The notes beneath the pieces were generated by a model. It was given only the letters and a program-made list of their open reading frames with translations. It was not told the DNA's origin and ran no database searches. A DNA stretch of 64,000 nucleotides from a virus: the IMG/VR virus record IMGVR_UViG_3300043496_000175, positions 32,001 through 96,000 of that record, one strand, 5' to 3'. Position numbers and translations under genes: made by a program. Below, one piece after another: positions 49,083 to 57,823 of the stretch. Position 1 is the first letter of the stretch. Each line of letters starts with the position of its first letter.

Positions 49083-49226
49083 CTACTTCTCGGCGGGCTT
49101 GTTCTCCCCCACCGGTGCCTTGTTGCTGGCTGCGGTCTTCTTCTCCGCTACCGGTGCTTCAGCGGCCTTGCCCGCAGCCTTCTGGGCGTCGGACAGTTCC
49201 TGCAGAACCTCTGAGTTCGAGGACAT
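49083..49226 (-). CDS. small Lys/Ala-rich protein (47 aa)
   Basis: AGGAG RBS; MSSNSEVLQELSDAQK... Confidence 0.55.
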   Translation of the reverse strand: MSSNSEVLQELSDAQKAAGKAAEAPVAEKKTAASNKAPVGENKPAEK

Positions 49227-49238
49227 TTTCTCTCCTGG

Positions 49239-49577
49239 TTACTTGTAGGCGTTGATGTAAAACGAGATGTTGTCGGTGCCGGACGCCGGGGCGGCGGAGA
49301 AGGTGACGACGACGTTGGCGGTGGTCACGCTGGATACGTGATGCAGCGCGGACGAGACAGCGTTGCGTGGGGTGACCTGGACACTGGTTGGAGAGATGCC
49401 GTTACCGGAGGAGTTCTTCAGTCCGTGGGGGAAGGTGAACGCGGTAGCGGAAGCATCACCGTTTGCGGTGACCGCGAGCTTGACACCCTCCAAGGCATCA
49501 TGGGGAGCCTGCGGTGCATCGGACCGAGCCTTCCACGCAGCACCGAGGGTTCCGAGGGTTGAGGTATTTCCGGCCAT
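49239..49577 (-). CDS. small structural-type protein
   Basis: ATAFTFPHGL..P..V.VTP..VTFSAAP; GAGGA RBS. Confidence 0.6.
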   Translation of the reverse strand: MAGNTSTLGTLGAAWKARSDAPQAPHDALEGVKLAVTANGDASATAFTFPHGLKNSSGNGISPTSVQVTPRNAVSSALHHVSSVTTANVVVTFSAAPASGTDNISFYINAYK

Positions 49578-49634
49578 GGGGGTGAGTCCTCTCACAAGGT
49601 GGTCTTTAGCCCATGACGGTACCGCCCTCTGACC

Positions 49635-49880
49635 TCAGTTGCCTAGCAGGGATCGCCCTGCATCTGTCAGAGCGAGGACTCGTTCGCCGCCGCGAGCGTT
49701 GTCCTGGTGACTGACAGTGATGAGTCCCTCGTTCAGCAGCGCTCTGACGCGACGGTAGGTAGCCCGCTGTGGCAGCCCCGTCTGTCTGGAAATCCAGAGC
49801 GTCCGGTTGAACCGCCTGCTGATCAGGTCAAGGATCAGCAGACGATCATCCTCGGGCGGCACCGGTAGGCACCTTCCCAC
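49635..49880 (-). CDS. winged-helix (MarR-like) DNA-binding protein
   Basis: TGLPQRATYRRVRALLNEGLI...LTDAGR. Confidence 0.65.
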   Translation of the reverse strand: MGRCLPVPPEDDRLLILDLISRRFNRTLWISRQTGLPQRATYRRVRALLNEGLITVSHQDNARGGERVLALTDAGRSLLGN

Positions 49881-50361
49881 CCCGGTAGCCCCGGCGGGTC
49901 TCTCCGGCGACGAAGTAGCCGGGCCCTGGGCGGGTGGCCAGGTGGTCCCGCAGCTCGTTCGGATCCCACAGCGGATGCCCCCGGTAGTGCTTCACCGGCT
50001 GGGGAGCAGGGGACAGCGTCTCCAGTCCCTCAGCGGCCCGCTTGGCTGCCCGGCGGACGTAGGAGTTGAAGGTGGTCTCCGCGATCGGGGTCGGGTTGTA
50101 CAGCGCCGCGCACTGCCGGGTGTCGAGCAGGTCCCGGTCGGTGAGCTTCACTTCCCTGGTGCGCCGGTTCGGCACCTTGGTCTTGTTCGCGGCGACCAGT
50201 GGCTGAATCTGCTCTGGCGTCCACAGAGGATCCTGGTGCACCGGAGTAGGCAAGCCGGGGTAGGTCTGCCAGGTCCTGGGGAACTGGTACGGGTCTTCCC
50301 CGAGCAGCAGCGCCACCTGGCGGACGGTCAGTAGTTGTTCATCGTTCCATGAAGCCATCAT
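49846..50361 (-). CDS. tandem AlpA/excisionase-like HTH protein
   Basis: Two LL(T/D).RQ.A...P.P....PLW units. Confidence 0.65.
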   Translation of the reverse strand: MMASWNDEQLLTVRQVALLLGEDPYQFPRTWQTYPGLPTPVHQDPLWTPEQIQPLVAANKTKVPNRRTREVKLTDRDLLDTRQCAALYNPTPIAETTFNSYVRRAAKRAAEGLETLSPAPQPVKHYRGHPLWDPNELRDHLATRPGPGYFVAGETRRGYRGGKVPTGAARG

Positions 50362-50365
50362 GCTC

Positions 50366-50755
50366 CTATTGTAGAGTAACGGGCGGTAGAGTGTCCAGCC
50401 ATGCCTTGCACTCACGGCACTGCCATCCAGCAGGAGCCAGGTATGCAGGCTGCCCGCAGTGGTCCGGCTGGTCTGCGCGGGGCTCGGGCTGGATTGCTGA
50501 GGGGACGTGCATTTGCAGCCATCCCCCGAAGTCCAGGTCCACCTTCAGCCGGGAGTACTCCTGCATCGCGGCGGCGTACCGGGCATCCTTGTTACTGATA
50601 GCTGCCAGCTTGTTGAGCCGCTCGTAGGGATCAAACGAGTAGCGCTCGTGCATGTGTTTGCCGTCCTCATCCACCCACCCCCACTCCACCGGAGAGATCG
50701 GTACTTGGTGTAGGGCCTTGCCGCAGTACGGGGCTGCGCAGGTTGCGGTGCTCAC
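50366..50755 (-). CDS. hypothetical zinc-binding protein
   Basis: Cys motifs; GTGA coupling. Confidence 0.55.
   Translation of the reverse strand: MSTATCAAPYCGKALHQVPISPVEWGWVDEDGKHMHERYSFDPYERLNKLAAISNKDARYAAAMQEYSRLKVDLDFGGWLQMHVPSAIQPEPRADQPDHCGQPAYLAPAGWQCRECKAWLDTLPPVTLQ
50368..50397 (-). promoter_or_regulatory. promoter TGGACA-18-TACAAT (leaderless)
   Basis: -10 lies 6 nt from ATG 50361. Confidence 0.55.
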
Positions 50756-51060
50756 AGCTCGTGCCTGATGCCGCGCTCGATCTCATCATGAGAGATCGAG
50801 AGATGGTGGCCACCAACCGGGTAGGTGTCGTTGCCCTTGACCACCGCGCAGGCCCAGGAATTACCGCTGGTGTGCTCGAACGGCACCACCCAAAGGCCGG
50901 TGAGCGGCAGCTCAACTATGAACCCGAGTGGGTAGTGCTTGATCTGTACCGGCAGCTTGGCCAGCATGCCATAGGTACTGGTGGGTGGACAGCTCTCCAG
51001 GAACGCCTGACGCTCCGCACGCTTGTTCTCGGCGTACTGCCGGATGGAATCAAAGGACAT
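50752..51060 (-). CDS. hypothetical protein
   Basis: TGATG coupling. Confidence 0.55.
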   Translation of the reverse strand: MSFDSIRQYAENKRAERQAFLESCPPTSTYGMLAKLPVQIKHYPLGFIVELPLTGLWVVPFEHTSGNSWACAVVKGNDTYPVGGHHLSISHDEIERGIRHEL

Positions 51061-51332
51061 CAGAGCACCACCTTGAAGCAAGACTCCACTGTCTCGAACA
51101 CGCATAGCAGAGATGGACCACCCTCTTCGTAGGCATGGGTGGTGCGAAGGTGTTTCCCTTTGGGATCGAACTTCTCGATGGTGAAGCCGTCTAGGTAGAA
51201 GCCTGCCGGAACTCGTCTCACGGTTCCGCTGTACTGGAAGCGGAATAAGTTGAGGTCGTCGGGCTGTAGTGCCTGGATAACGATGAAGTCGCCGTCCTTG
51301 ATCCGGCTCATCGCGATTCTCTTGAGGTACAT
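51060..51332 (-). CDS. hypothetical protein
   Basis: GGAG RBS downstream of promoter. Confidence 0.55.
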   Translation of the reverse strand: MYLKRIAMSRIKDGDFIVIQALQPDDLNLFRFQYSGTVRRVPAGFYLDGFTIEKFDPKGKHLRTTHAYEEGGPSLLCVFETVESCFKVVL

Positions 51333-51363
51333 GATTCTCCCTGCTCGGGGTTGGTGTCTGCCT

Positions 51364-51392
51364 AGAGTAACGGTAGAGTGTCAGTATGTCAA
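51364..51392 (-). promoter_or_regulatory. sigma70-type promoter TTGACA-17-TACTCT
   Basis: Near-consensus hexamers and spacing. Confidence 0.75.
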
Positions 51393-51742
51393 CGTGGGCA
51401 GTAGACGTCTGGATCGGGGTGGACGGTCCCATTGATGAGGAAGGCCGGATCGCGCGGGACGCTGCGTGGGCCGGTGGACACATGGTGCACCGCTTCATCG
51501 TGGAAGCGGAGTGGCACTTGGATGCTGAGCTGGCGGCCTGCCAGATGGCAGCTTCGCACGGCGGATGGACGCCGGTACGTAGCCGCGTGCTAGGGCAGGT
51601 TGAGCCGGTTCACGACCTTGGCCATGACGCTGTTGGGGATGGCGAACTCAATCCCGATACGGCGGGGCTCCTCGCCCGCCTTGATGCGGTCGTAGATCTC
51701 TTCGAGCTGGCCGAGCGTCAGGTCATAGTGCCCCGGCCCTGA
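51386..51742 (+). CDS. hypothetical protein (leaderless, counter-oriented)
   Basis: TAGAGT 6 nt before ATG; 3' end overlaps the GH81 gene. Confidence 0.35.
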   Translation: MSTWAVDVWIGVDGPIDEEGRIARDAAWAGGHMVHRFIVEAEWHLDAELAACQMAASHGGWTPVRSRVLGQVEPVHDLGHDAVGDGELNPDTAGLLARLDAVVDLFELAERQVIVPRP

Positions 51743-54274
51743 CCGGATCACCCCAATCAGGAACTGCCGGGGGTCGTCCCGCAGGAACGAGGTATCCACC
51801 GGGGTCTCCGGGTCCACCGGATCCGGAGGCTCCTCCAGCCACGGCACCAACACGATCGTCAAGATCGTGCGGGACAAGGACAACGCAGACCCTGCCAACG
51901 TCATGGGCTGGCCGAGAGCTGTCTGGGACGTGGTGGAAACAGAGCGGGCAGTGCCGGACAAGGACTTGCTAGAAGACAGACCTAGAGCCCCGGTGGTGGT
52001 GCTCGTGCTCTGCGCTGCACCGGACAGAGTCTTGGCGGTGCTGGTGGTTTGGCTGGCGATATGCACCAGGGCCTGGGTCTTGGAAGACCCATCGTCAAAG
52101 GAACTGAGAGCTAGTGTCTTGGTCCAGGCATCATCGGGGTTGACCTGGGAGTAGGCCCCGAGAATGACTGCCTTCCAGCCATCCTCGGGCTGCGTCCACA
52201 CCCGCACCTGCGCCCCGGAGCCGCCGGAGCCGTTCAGGGTGATGGTCTCCCCGTTGGTGTAGCCGGTGCCGTGCTGGTCGAAGATGATGTACACGCCGAT
52301 GATCTGCCCGGCGGTGATGTTGACGTTGAAACCCAGGCCGCTGCCGGTACCGCCGGAAGCGACCAGGCCGTTGGTGTACCCCTGCCCAGTGGGGGAGAAC
52401 TGCGCAGCGGTGTACCCGCTGCCGCCGTTGAGCAGCTCCGCCCGCCACACACTGGTGCGGGTCCACAGAGCGCTGAGCTTGGACGCCCACACCTCAGCGA
52501 TCCAGTCATCAGGGATCAGCAGCTCAGTGGCGGGAATGGTCGGCAACATCTGGATGCCGAAAATGTACTCAGCCTGCGCACCGAACCAGGTGGCGTAGTC
52601 CACCTTGTTGGACCAGAGGATCCCCACCACCCCGTGGTCGTTGAATGGCTCCGGGTAGATGGTGTCGGACTGCTTGATCTGCCAGTACCGCTTGGCGGTG
52701 GCGGCCTCTTGCGCCAACAGCAGGCGGCCTAGCTCAGTGAGTTGCGTTTGGCTGGACGCCACGCCCCACAGGTGCAGCCCGTACCAGGCATTCACCGCCT
52801 CGCTGGTGGACTCCTGATTCCGGTTGTCCCCGAACTCGAAGGTCCCCGCCGCCCAGGAGTGCCCCTCGTACCAATCGAAGCAGCGCATCGGGGTGAACCA
52901 GGTGTCCGTGGCGCTGGGGTTCGCGATGTCACGGACCAGGTCGTTGATCGTGGTCTGGTAGGTGGTCAGCCACGCCCCGTCGAACTTGGCGATTACCGCT
53001 GCAGCGTAGATGACGTAGCCGTAGTGGAAGTTGTGGTCGTTGTATCGGCCGTTGCCGAAGTCGGAGTCCTGGTTGGTGAGCCCGGCGGCGGAGACGATGC
53101 CCTTCCACATGGTGTCGTACCGCAAGCTGGTAGACAGGTTCCCGGCCAGGTACTGGTTGATGACAGCTTTCAGGTTGTTCAGCAGCGTGTTCCGGGCGGT
53201 GGTGTCTCCCACCTGGTCCGCGATCAGCGCCAGCCGCGCAGCCTTGGCAAGCTGCTTCCCGCCGAAGTAGGTGTCGGAAACCTGTGGCACGAACGTCTTG
53301 TCGCTGGCCAATGCAGTGGTAACGGCCGAAAGTCGTGATGCGTCAATAGGATTGGCGTTGTTCCAGCTAGTAGTGGGTAGCGGAATCGCCAGGGACCAGG
53401 AGTACCCCAGCACCGCACGGGCGGACCCACGCAGAGTGGAGAGGGTGAACCCTGTGGGGTAGCTAGGACTGGAAAGCCAGTCCTGGTGGTGCGGCAGCGC
53501 GTAGGTGAGCAGCGTCCCGGTGCCGGTGCTCGACCAGGTGTAGACCTCGGTCGCGGTGTTGCTGGCGATCGTGTAGTCCACCGTGCCGCCGGTATGAATC
53601 CGCGTGGCGGATGAGTCCAGCGTTGCCTCGGTAGCACCTGTGGGAAGCAGCGCCATCCGGAAGGTGCCAGTGAAGGCTGCGCCTGCCGTCAAAGTGTTAG
53701 CTGTAGACAAGGTGAGGGTTACGCTCGCGGACGTGTAAAGAATCCAGGTTTGTCCGTTGTTGAGGGTGACCTTGAACTTGGTGCCGGTGAAGGTACCGGT
53801 GGACCCTACGGCGGTTCCGTTCATGGTCAGGATGGCGTTCTGCGTGTTCACCACCGGGGTCACGCCGGAGTAGTTCATGGTCACGTAGGCCGCGCCCCGG
53901 ACAATCGTTGCGGCCATGGACCCGCCGGGCAAGGTCCAGGTGAGGGTGGCTCCCAGGTCGGTGAACGCCGTCAGCTTCTGCGCCGTGCTGGTGGCGGTGG
54001 CACGCAGCGAGAAGTTCTGCAGCATGGTCGCCAGGACCGCGTTGGGAAAGCTGGTGTTGGCCTGGGGGACGCAGAAGTCAAGCCCTTGGGTGGTCACCTT
54101 CACCATGTACGGGAAGATGTTGATCGGCTGCTGGCCGGTGCCGAGCAGGAAGTTCTCGAACCAGGCGTTGGTGGGGATCGGCCCGGTCAGGGTGGTGCGC
54201 GCACTATCTACGGGGTAGTAGCTAACCCCGGCGGGGAAGACCGGTGCTGATGTTGAGATCGCAGTCCTGGTCAT
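51590..54274 (-). CDS. GH81 endo-1,3-beta-glucanase
   Basis: PTNAWF, DTYFGGKQLAK, YNDHNFHYGY, GHSWA.G, RNQESTSEA, GIQMLP. Confidence 0.9.
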   Translation of the reverse strand: MTRTAISTSAPVFPAGVSYYPVDSARTTLTGPIPTNAWFENFLLGTGQQPINIFPYMVKVTTQGLDFCVPQANTSFPNAVLATMLQNFSLRATATSTAQKLTAFTDLGATLTWTLPGGSMAATIVRGAAYVTMNYSGVTPVVNTQNAILTMNGTAVGSTGTFTGTKFKVTLNNGQTWILYTSASVTLTLSTANTLTAGAAFTGTFRMALLPTGATEATLDSSATRIHTGGTVDYTIASNTATEVYTWSSTGTGTLLTYALPHHQDWLSSPSYPTGFTLSTLRGSARAVLGYSWSLAIPLPTTSWNNANPIDASRLSAVTTALASDKTFVPQVSDTYFGGKQLAKAARLALIADQVGDTTARNTLLNNLKAVINQYLAGNLSTSLRYDTMWKGIVSAAGLTNQDSDFGNGRYNDHNFHYGYVIYAAAVIAKFDGAWLTTYQTTINDLVRDIANPSATDTWFTPMRCFDWYEGHSWAAGTFEFGDNRNQESTSEAVNAWYGLHLWGVASSQTQLTELGRLLLAQEAATAKRYWQIKQSDTIYPEPFNDHGVVGILWSNKVDYATWFGAQAEYIFGIQMLPTIPATELLIPDDWIAEVWASKLSALWTRTSVWRAELLNGGSGYTAAQFSPTGQGYTNGLVASGGTGSGLGFNVNITAGQIIGVYIIFDQHGTGYTNGETITLNGSGGSGAQVRVWTQPEDGWKAVILGAYSQVNPDDAWTKTLALSSFDDGSSKTQALVHIASQTTSTAKTLSGAAQSTSTTTGALGLSSSKSLSGTARSVSTTSQTALGQPMTLAGSALSLSRTILTIVLVPWLEEPPDPVDPETPVDTSFLRDDPRQFLIGVIRSGPGHYDLTLGQLEEIYDRIKAGEEPRRIGIEFAIPNSVMAKVVNRLNLP

Positions 54275-54279
54275 GGATG

Positions 54280-54693
54280 TCAGTCGATCGAGACCGTGAT
54301 ACTACCGATCGCTGCCGTTAGTGTGTCAGACGCTGCCGGGGTCCGTGGGGTCACCATGTCCCCGAACGCCACGCACTCCCCGGTGGTGCCGGACGCGGTG
54401 GACACCAGCGCCCAGTAGGTCACCGCCGTGGTTCCGTTGGCTCCGGTGAGCGGCCCGTAGGACAGTCCGGCGGTGTTGGCGATGACGCGAGGGGTCCCCG
54501 AAGGGGTCCCCATAGCGCAGAGCTGCCGGGAGTAGCCAGTGGCGGCGTACTCGGTCATGGTGGCCGGGGTGGTTGTCACGCTCGCCGGAGCGGTGAGCAG
54601 CGCCAGGTAGAGGTTGCGTGCGGTGATATTGGTGCGCCCGCTCATGCCGTCCAGGGCGATGCCTGCGCCGACGACAGTCAGTTTTCCAGCCAT
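54280..54693 (-). CDS. small tail-fibre-associated structural protein
   Basis: YLALLTA..EY...GYSRQ motif; GGAGG RBS. Confidence 0.65.
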   Translation of the reverse strand: MAGKLTVVGAGIALDGMSGRTNITARNLYLALLTAPASVTTTPATMTEYAATGYSRQLCAMGTPSGTPRVIANTAGLSYGPLTGANGTTAVTYWALVSTASGTTGECVAFGDMVTPRTPAASDTLTAAIGSITVSID

Positions 54694-54815
54694 GGCTCAG
54701 ACCCTCCAACAAGTTGTTAGCTGTGAGGGTATCGCAGTGGGGCAACTAGACAACGTGGCTCGTCACGTCAACCGATAGAGCACCCTGCCCAAGGGTGCGC
54801 CTAGCCGCCAGGCAG

Positions 54816-54888
54816 TCTCGGTGGCAGGACTCGAACCTGCAATCTTCCGCTCCCAAAGCGGATGGGATCCCAATTTCCCTACACCGGG
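54816..54888 (-). tRNA. tRNA-Pro(TGG)
   Basis: Cloverleaf: CCCGGTG/CACCGAG, GGGA/TCCC D stem, TCCGC-TTTGGGA-GCGGA, GCAGG-TTCGAGT-CCTGC; no encoded CCA. Confidence 0.9.
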
Positions 54889-54934
54889 TTGTGCGGTCCA
54901 GGCAGAGGGGGATCCGCCGGACCGCAGGTTGATG

Positions 54935-55144
54935 CTACTGCAATTCTTTCTTGGTGGCGATGGAACTGAGGAGCGAGACGAACGCCGATAGGGCTGAGAT
55001 GCTTAGAGCCTGCAGCCAGTTGACGTCGGTGATACTCGTGACGTTGGTACCGAACAGGGCCACCAGGGAGGCCGCAGCCGTCTTGATGGCCCTGTCACAG
55101 GCTTCGACCCAGAACTCTGGGTCGGAGTATCTCGATCTCTTCAC
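54935..55144 (-). CDS. holin (r1t-like)
   Basis: FW....DRAIKTAA..VNW...SLLSSI; two TM helices. Confidence 0.8.
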   Translation of the reverse strand: MKRSRYSDPEFWVEACDRAIKTAAASLVALFGTNVTSITDVNWLQALSISALSAFVSLLSSIATKKELQ

Positions 55145-55356
55145 ACCTCCATTCTGATCTGATAAATGCGCGCTCTGGTCATTCCAGTGCGCTCAGCGAT
55201 GTCGGCTACTGCGGCCCCCGCCTGCAGTGCTGCCTTGATCGCCTGGGCTTGCACGCTCCGAGCAGCCTCCGCATCCGCGTCCGACCGACGCCGAGCTTGG
55301 GTTGCAAGCTCGACGTCGATCAGGGCAGCGCGGGGACTGATGATCATGTCCGCCAC
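55141..55356 (-). CDS. small HTH protein
   Basis: IAERTGMTRARIYQI. Confidence 0.7.
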   Translation of the reverse strand: MADMIISPRAALIDVELATQARRRSDADAEAARSVQAQAIKAALQAGAAVADIAERTGMTRARIYQIRMEV

Positions 55357-56036
55357 CTCTCATGATCCTGAGTTCGATAGCGTTGGATGATCTCGTCTGC
55401 AAACTTCAGAAGATCTTCGACCCGTTGACCTGGTAAGTGCTGTTTGGCCCAGAGTTCTAAGTTTTCTGGACGATTATCAAGACGAATACCGTTTCGGTGG
55501 TGCACCGTTTCTTGAGGTAAAAGTTCTCTACCGATTATTTGTTCCATCACTAATCGATGCTCTTGCTTATACTTCCCAGGTCCGAGATAGATCATTCGGT
55601 ATCCCTGGCTAGTAATTACTTCTTTCTGTGCTGTAGATCTTCCGTTGTCAAGGTTTGCTTCTCCACCTCGACGCCAACGTTGGTAGTGCATTGTGCACCA
55701 CCCGCGCCTGCCAGCGCCTATGATTCGATCACATGTTTCATGCTTACAGATGGTACCCTCTGGTACTGAAACCCATGCACGAGCGCCAGCTTCTGGGTCT
55801 CCGTGCTTGCGCCAACGTAACCAATGTGTTGAACACCAAGTTCGACTTACTGCTCGTTTAGGGCAATCTTTGATTGAACATATCTTTTGCTGTGGACGCT
55901 GGCCACGGAATCGACCTTTGAGCGGATCGCCATATTTCTGCCAGTGCACGTAATGGATTCGACAATACCCTTTCGCCTTGCTCAGTAGATCACATGACTC
56001 TACTGAGCAAGGCGGCAAAGGCGGTAGTCCAGGCAT
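55344..56036 (-). CDS. HNH homing endonuclease
   Basis: Three C..C...C..H repeats; EHRLVM, VHHRNGIRLDNRPENLE; AT-richer than flanks. Confidence 0.9.
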   Translation of the reverse strand: MPGLPPLPPCSVESCDLLSKAKGYCRIHYVHWQKYGDPLKGRFRGQRPQQKICSIKDCPKRAVSRTWCSTHWLRWRKHGDPEAGARAWVSVPEGTICKHETCDRIIGAGRRGWCTMHYQRWRRGGEANLDNGRSTAQKEVITSQGYRMIYLGPGKYKQEHRLVMEQIIGRELLPQETVHHRNGIRLDNRPENLELWAKQHLPGQRVEDLLKFADEIIQRYRTQDHERWRT

Positions 56037-57682
56037 CAGTGAACCTGAAGATCCTTTCGTTCCCAGGGCCAGTTCTGAGAAAGCCCACGTTCGATGGACT
56101 CAATCAAACGGAACGATACATCGCTCAGGCCGCCGAACGTGTGCCGCTTACGGTTCCCCGAGCGTCCCTGGGCTGCGCGGTAACCCGCGAAGTTCCAGAC
56201 GTACACCGGAGCCTTGGTGGCCGCCAGAGCATCGTCCACCGCTGCCCAGGTAGGCAGACCCTGGTTGGTAGCCCAGGCCGGGGCGTACTGCTCATCAGTC
56301 AGCAGCACGATCCGGTCCTGCCCGGTGTAGGTGTTCTGAATCGCCTGGATGGTGTTGGTGCCGCCCAGACCCGGGAACATCTGACCGATATAGCCCGCCC
56401 GGGAACCGTCCACCTGAACATCAGCCATGCCCTTGGCCAGCTTGAGCAACGAACCCCGAACCTGGAACGGCTTGGTCTCCCAGCCAAAGCCGTACAGGTC
56501 CACCTGCTCCGAGCGCCGAGCCAGCGCCGCCCCGAAGATGCAGGCCGCGTCCGCCCACCGCAGATTCGACATCTCGGTGAGGGTGTGGTCATACATTGAG
56601 CCGGACAAATCCGTCAGGATCAGCGTCCGACCGCCGAGCACGGGCACATTGCTCAGCGACAGGTCCAGCGCGGTCTCCAGGATCGGACCCCACGCCGTCA
56701 CGGTGTCGGACTCATCCACTGCCCGGTAGGCGTTGAGGAAGCTCATCGGGAACATCCGGGACTTGGCGATCTCGTCCGGATCCGTCAGCTTGTCCTCGAT
56801 CAACCGGACCGAGGTCCGGCTGATCTTGGACTGGTCGAAGTTCCGGAGGTTCCGGACCAGGGCAAAGATCCCCATGGACGGGATGATCTTGTCCCAGGAC
56901 GGACCGTCCATCGCGGACTGCTTCCAGCCCGCGAACGACTCCCAGGTCATGCCTGCCTCCTGGAGCTGACCGGCGGTGACTTCGCTGCGCGCTGCCACCG
57001 GCATCTCCATGAGCGCCTTGCGGGCACGCACCATGCCGAGGATCTCGGGAGTCTCGTTCGTCCCGTACCGGTTGTCCAGGGAGAACTTGAACAGTGCGTT
57101 CTGCCACTGCTTCTCGGACTTGGGGTGACAGATCTGCAGGACGTCCGCGAACCGGAAGGCCTTGGAGTCGGTGTCCCACTTGAGGTAGGAACGCTCGTTC
57201 CACATCCGGTCCAACGCATCAGCGATGCCACGCTTGACCGGCTTGGGGACGTTCCGGCCGTAGGTGGCGAACCAGTACGCCAGCATCTCGCCCGGCTCAT
57301 CCGCCCGCTGCAGGGCAGCGGAGATGATCTGCCGGTTGCCCTGAATGCCTCGGGACAGACGCTCGTGCACGGCGTCAGCCGCAGCCACGATGGACGCCGA
57401 GCGGATGTTGGCCTCGCCGCGCAGGTAGCCGATGAAGCCGGTGATCCAGTCGGTGTCCGGAGACAGTTCCCGCACGAGGTGCGTGAAGCGCTCATCCCGG
57501 GCCCGGCCGTCCTCGTGGAACGCGCCCTTGGGCTCGCTCATGTTGGAGACGGCCAGGAGGAACAGCTCTGAGCGCTGATCACGGGAGACGCCACGGGCAC
57601 CGAGTGCGGTGCGGGCGGGGGCCTCGATCGTTGCGATCGGAGACCGGACGCCGAGGTGAGGGGCGGAGTTGAAGCGAGCCAC
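56036..57682 (-). CDS. rsr: Ro60/TROVE-vWA RNA-binding protein
   Basis: ELFLLAV, RADEPGE, TWE, ALVRNLRN, SRMFP, DLSGSM (MIDAS), GGTN, LTDEQ; AGAAAGG RBS before GTG 57682. Confidence 0.93.
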   Translation of the reverse strand: MARFNSAPHLGVRSPIATIEAPARTALGARGVSRDQRSELFLLAVSNMSEPKGAFHEDGRARDERFTHLVRELSPDTDWITGFIGYLRGEANIRSASIVAAADAVHERLSRGIQGNRQIISAALQRADEPGEMLAYWFATYGRNVPKPVKRGIADALDRMWNERSYLKWDTDSKAFRFADVLQICHPKSEKQWQNALFKFSLDNRYGTNETPEILGMVRARKALMEMPVAARSEVTAGQLQEAGMTWESFAGWKQSAMDGPSWDKIIPSMGIFALVRNLRNFDQSKISRTSVRLIEDKLTDPDEIAKSRMFPMSFLNAYRAVDESDTVTAWGPILETALDLSLSNVPVLGGRTLILTDLSGSMYDHTLTEMSNLRWADAACIFGAALARRSEQVDLYGFGWETKPFQVRGSLLKLAKGMADVQVDGSRAGYIGQMFPGLGGTNTIQAIQNTYTGQDRIVLLTDEQYAPAWATNQGLPTWAAVDDALAATKAPVYVWNFAGYRAAQGRSGNRKRHTFGGLSDVSFRLIESIERGLSQNWPWERKDLQVH

Positions 57683-57706
57683 CAGAGTAGCCTTTCTGCT
57701 CGTAGA

Positions 57707-57810
57707 GTGATGGTGAGAAATGATCGATTTCAGGAAGACCCCTACCCGGTCTAAGCCGGAGGATCCGCGTAACAAGCGGAAGTACCTGACACCCTTCGCA
57801 CCACCATCAC
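57707..57810 (-). ncRNA. Y-RNA-like element E (104 nt)
   Basis: GUGAUGGUG/CACCAUCAC stem; GUGCGAA, UACUUC, UUUCU motifs; inner UCAGG/CCUGA. Confidence 0.75.
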
Positions 57811-57823
57811 CAGTCGAGTAGAA

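Noticed and set aside
51389-51592. Stop-codon readthrough of GH81 into the open frame beyond TAG
   Set aside because: No readthrough context or recognisable domain; better explained by the opposite-strand ORF
57683-57775. Longer TROVE start at 57775 and ORFs across the array
   Set aside because: They overlap structured RNA units; the RBS supports GTG 57682
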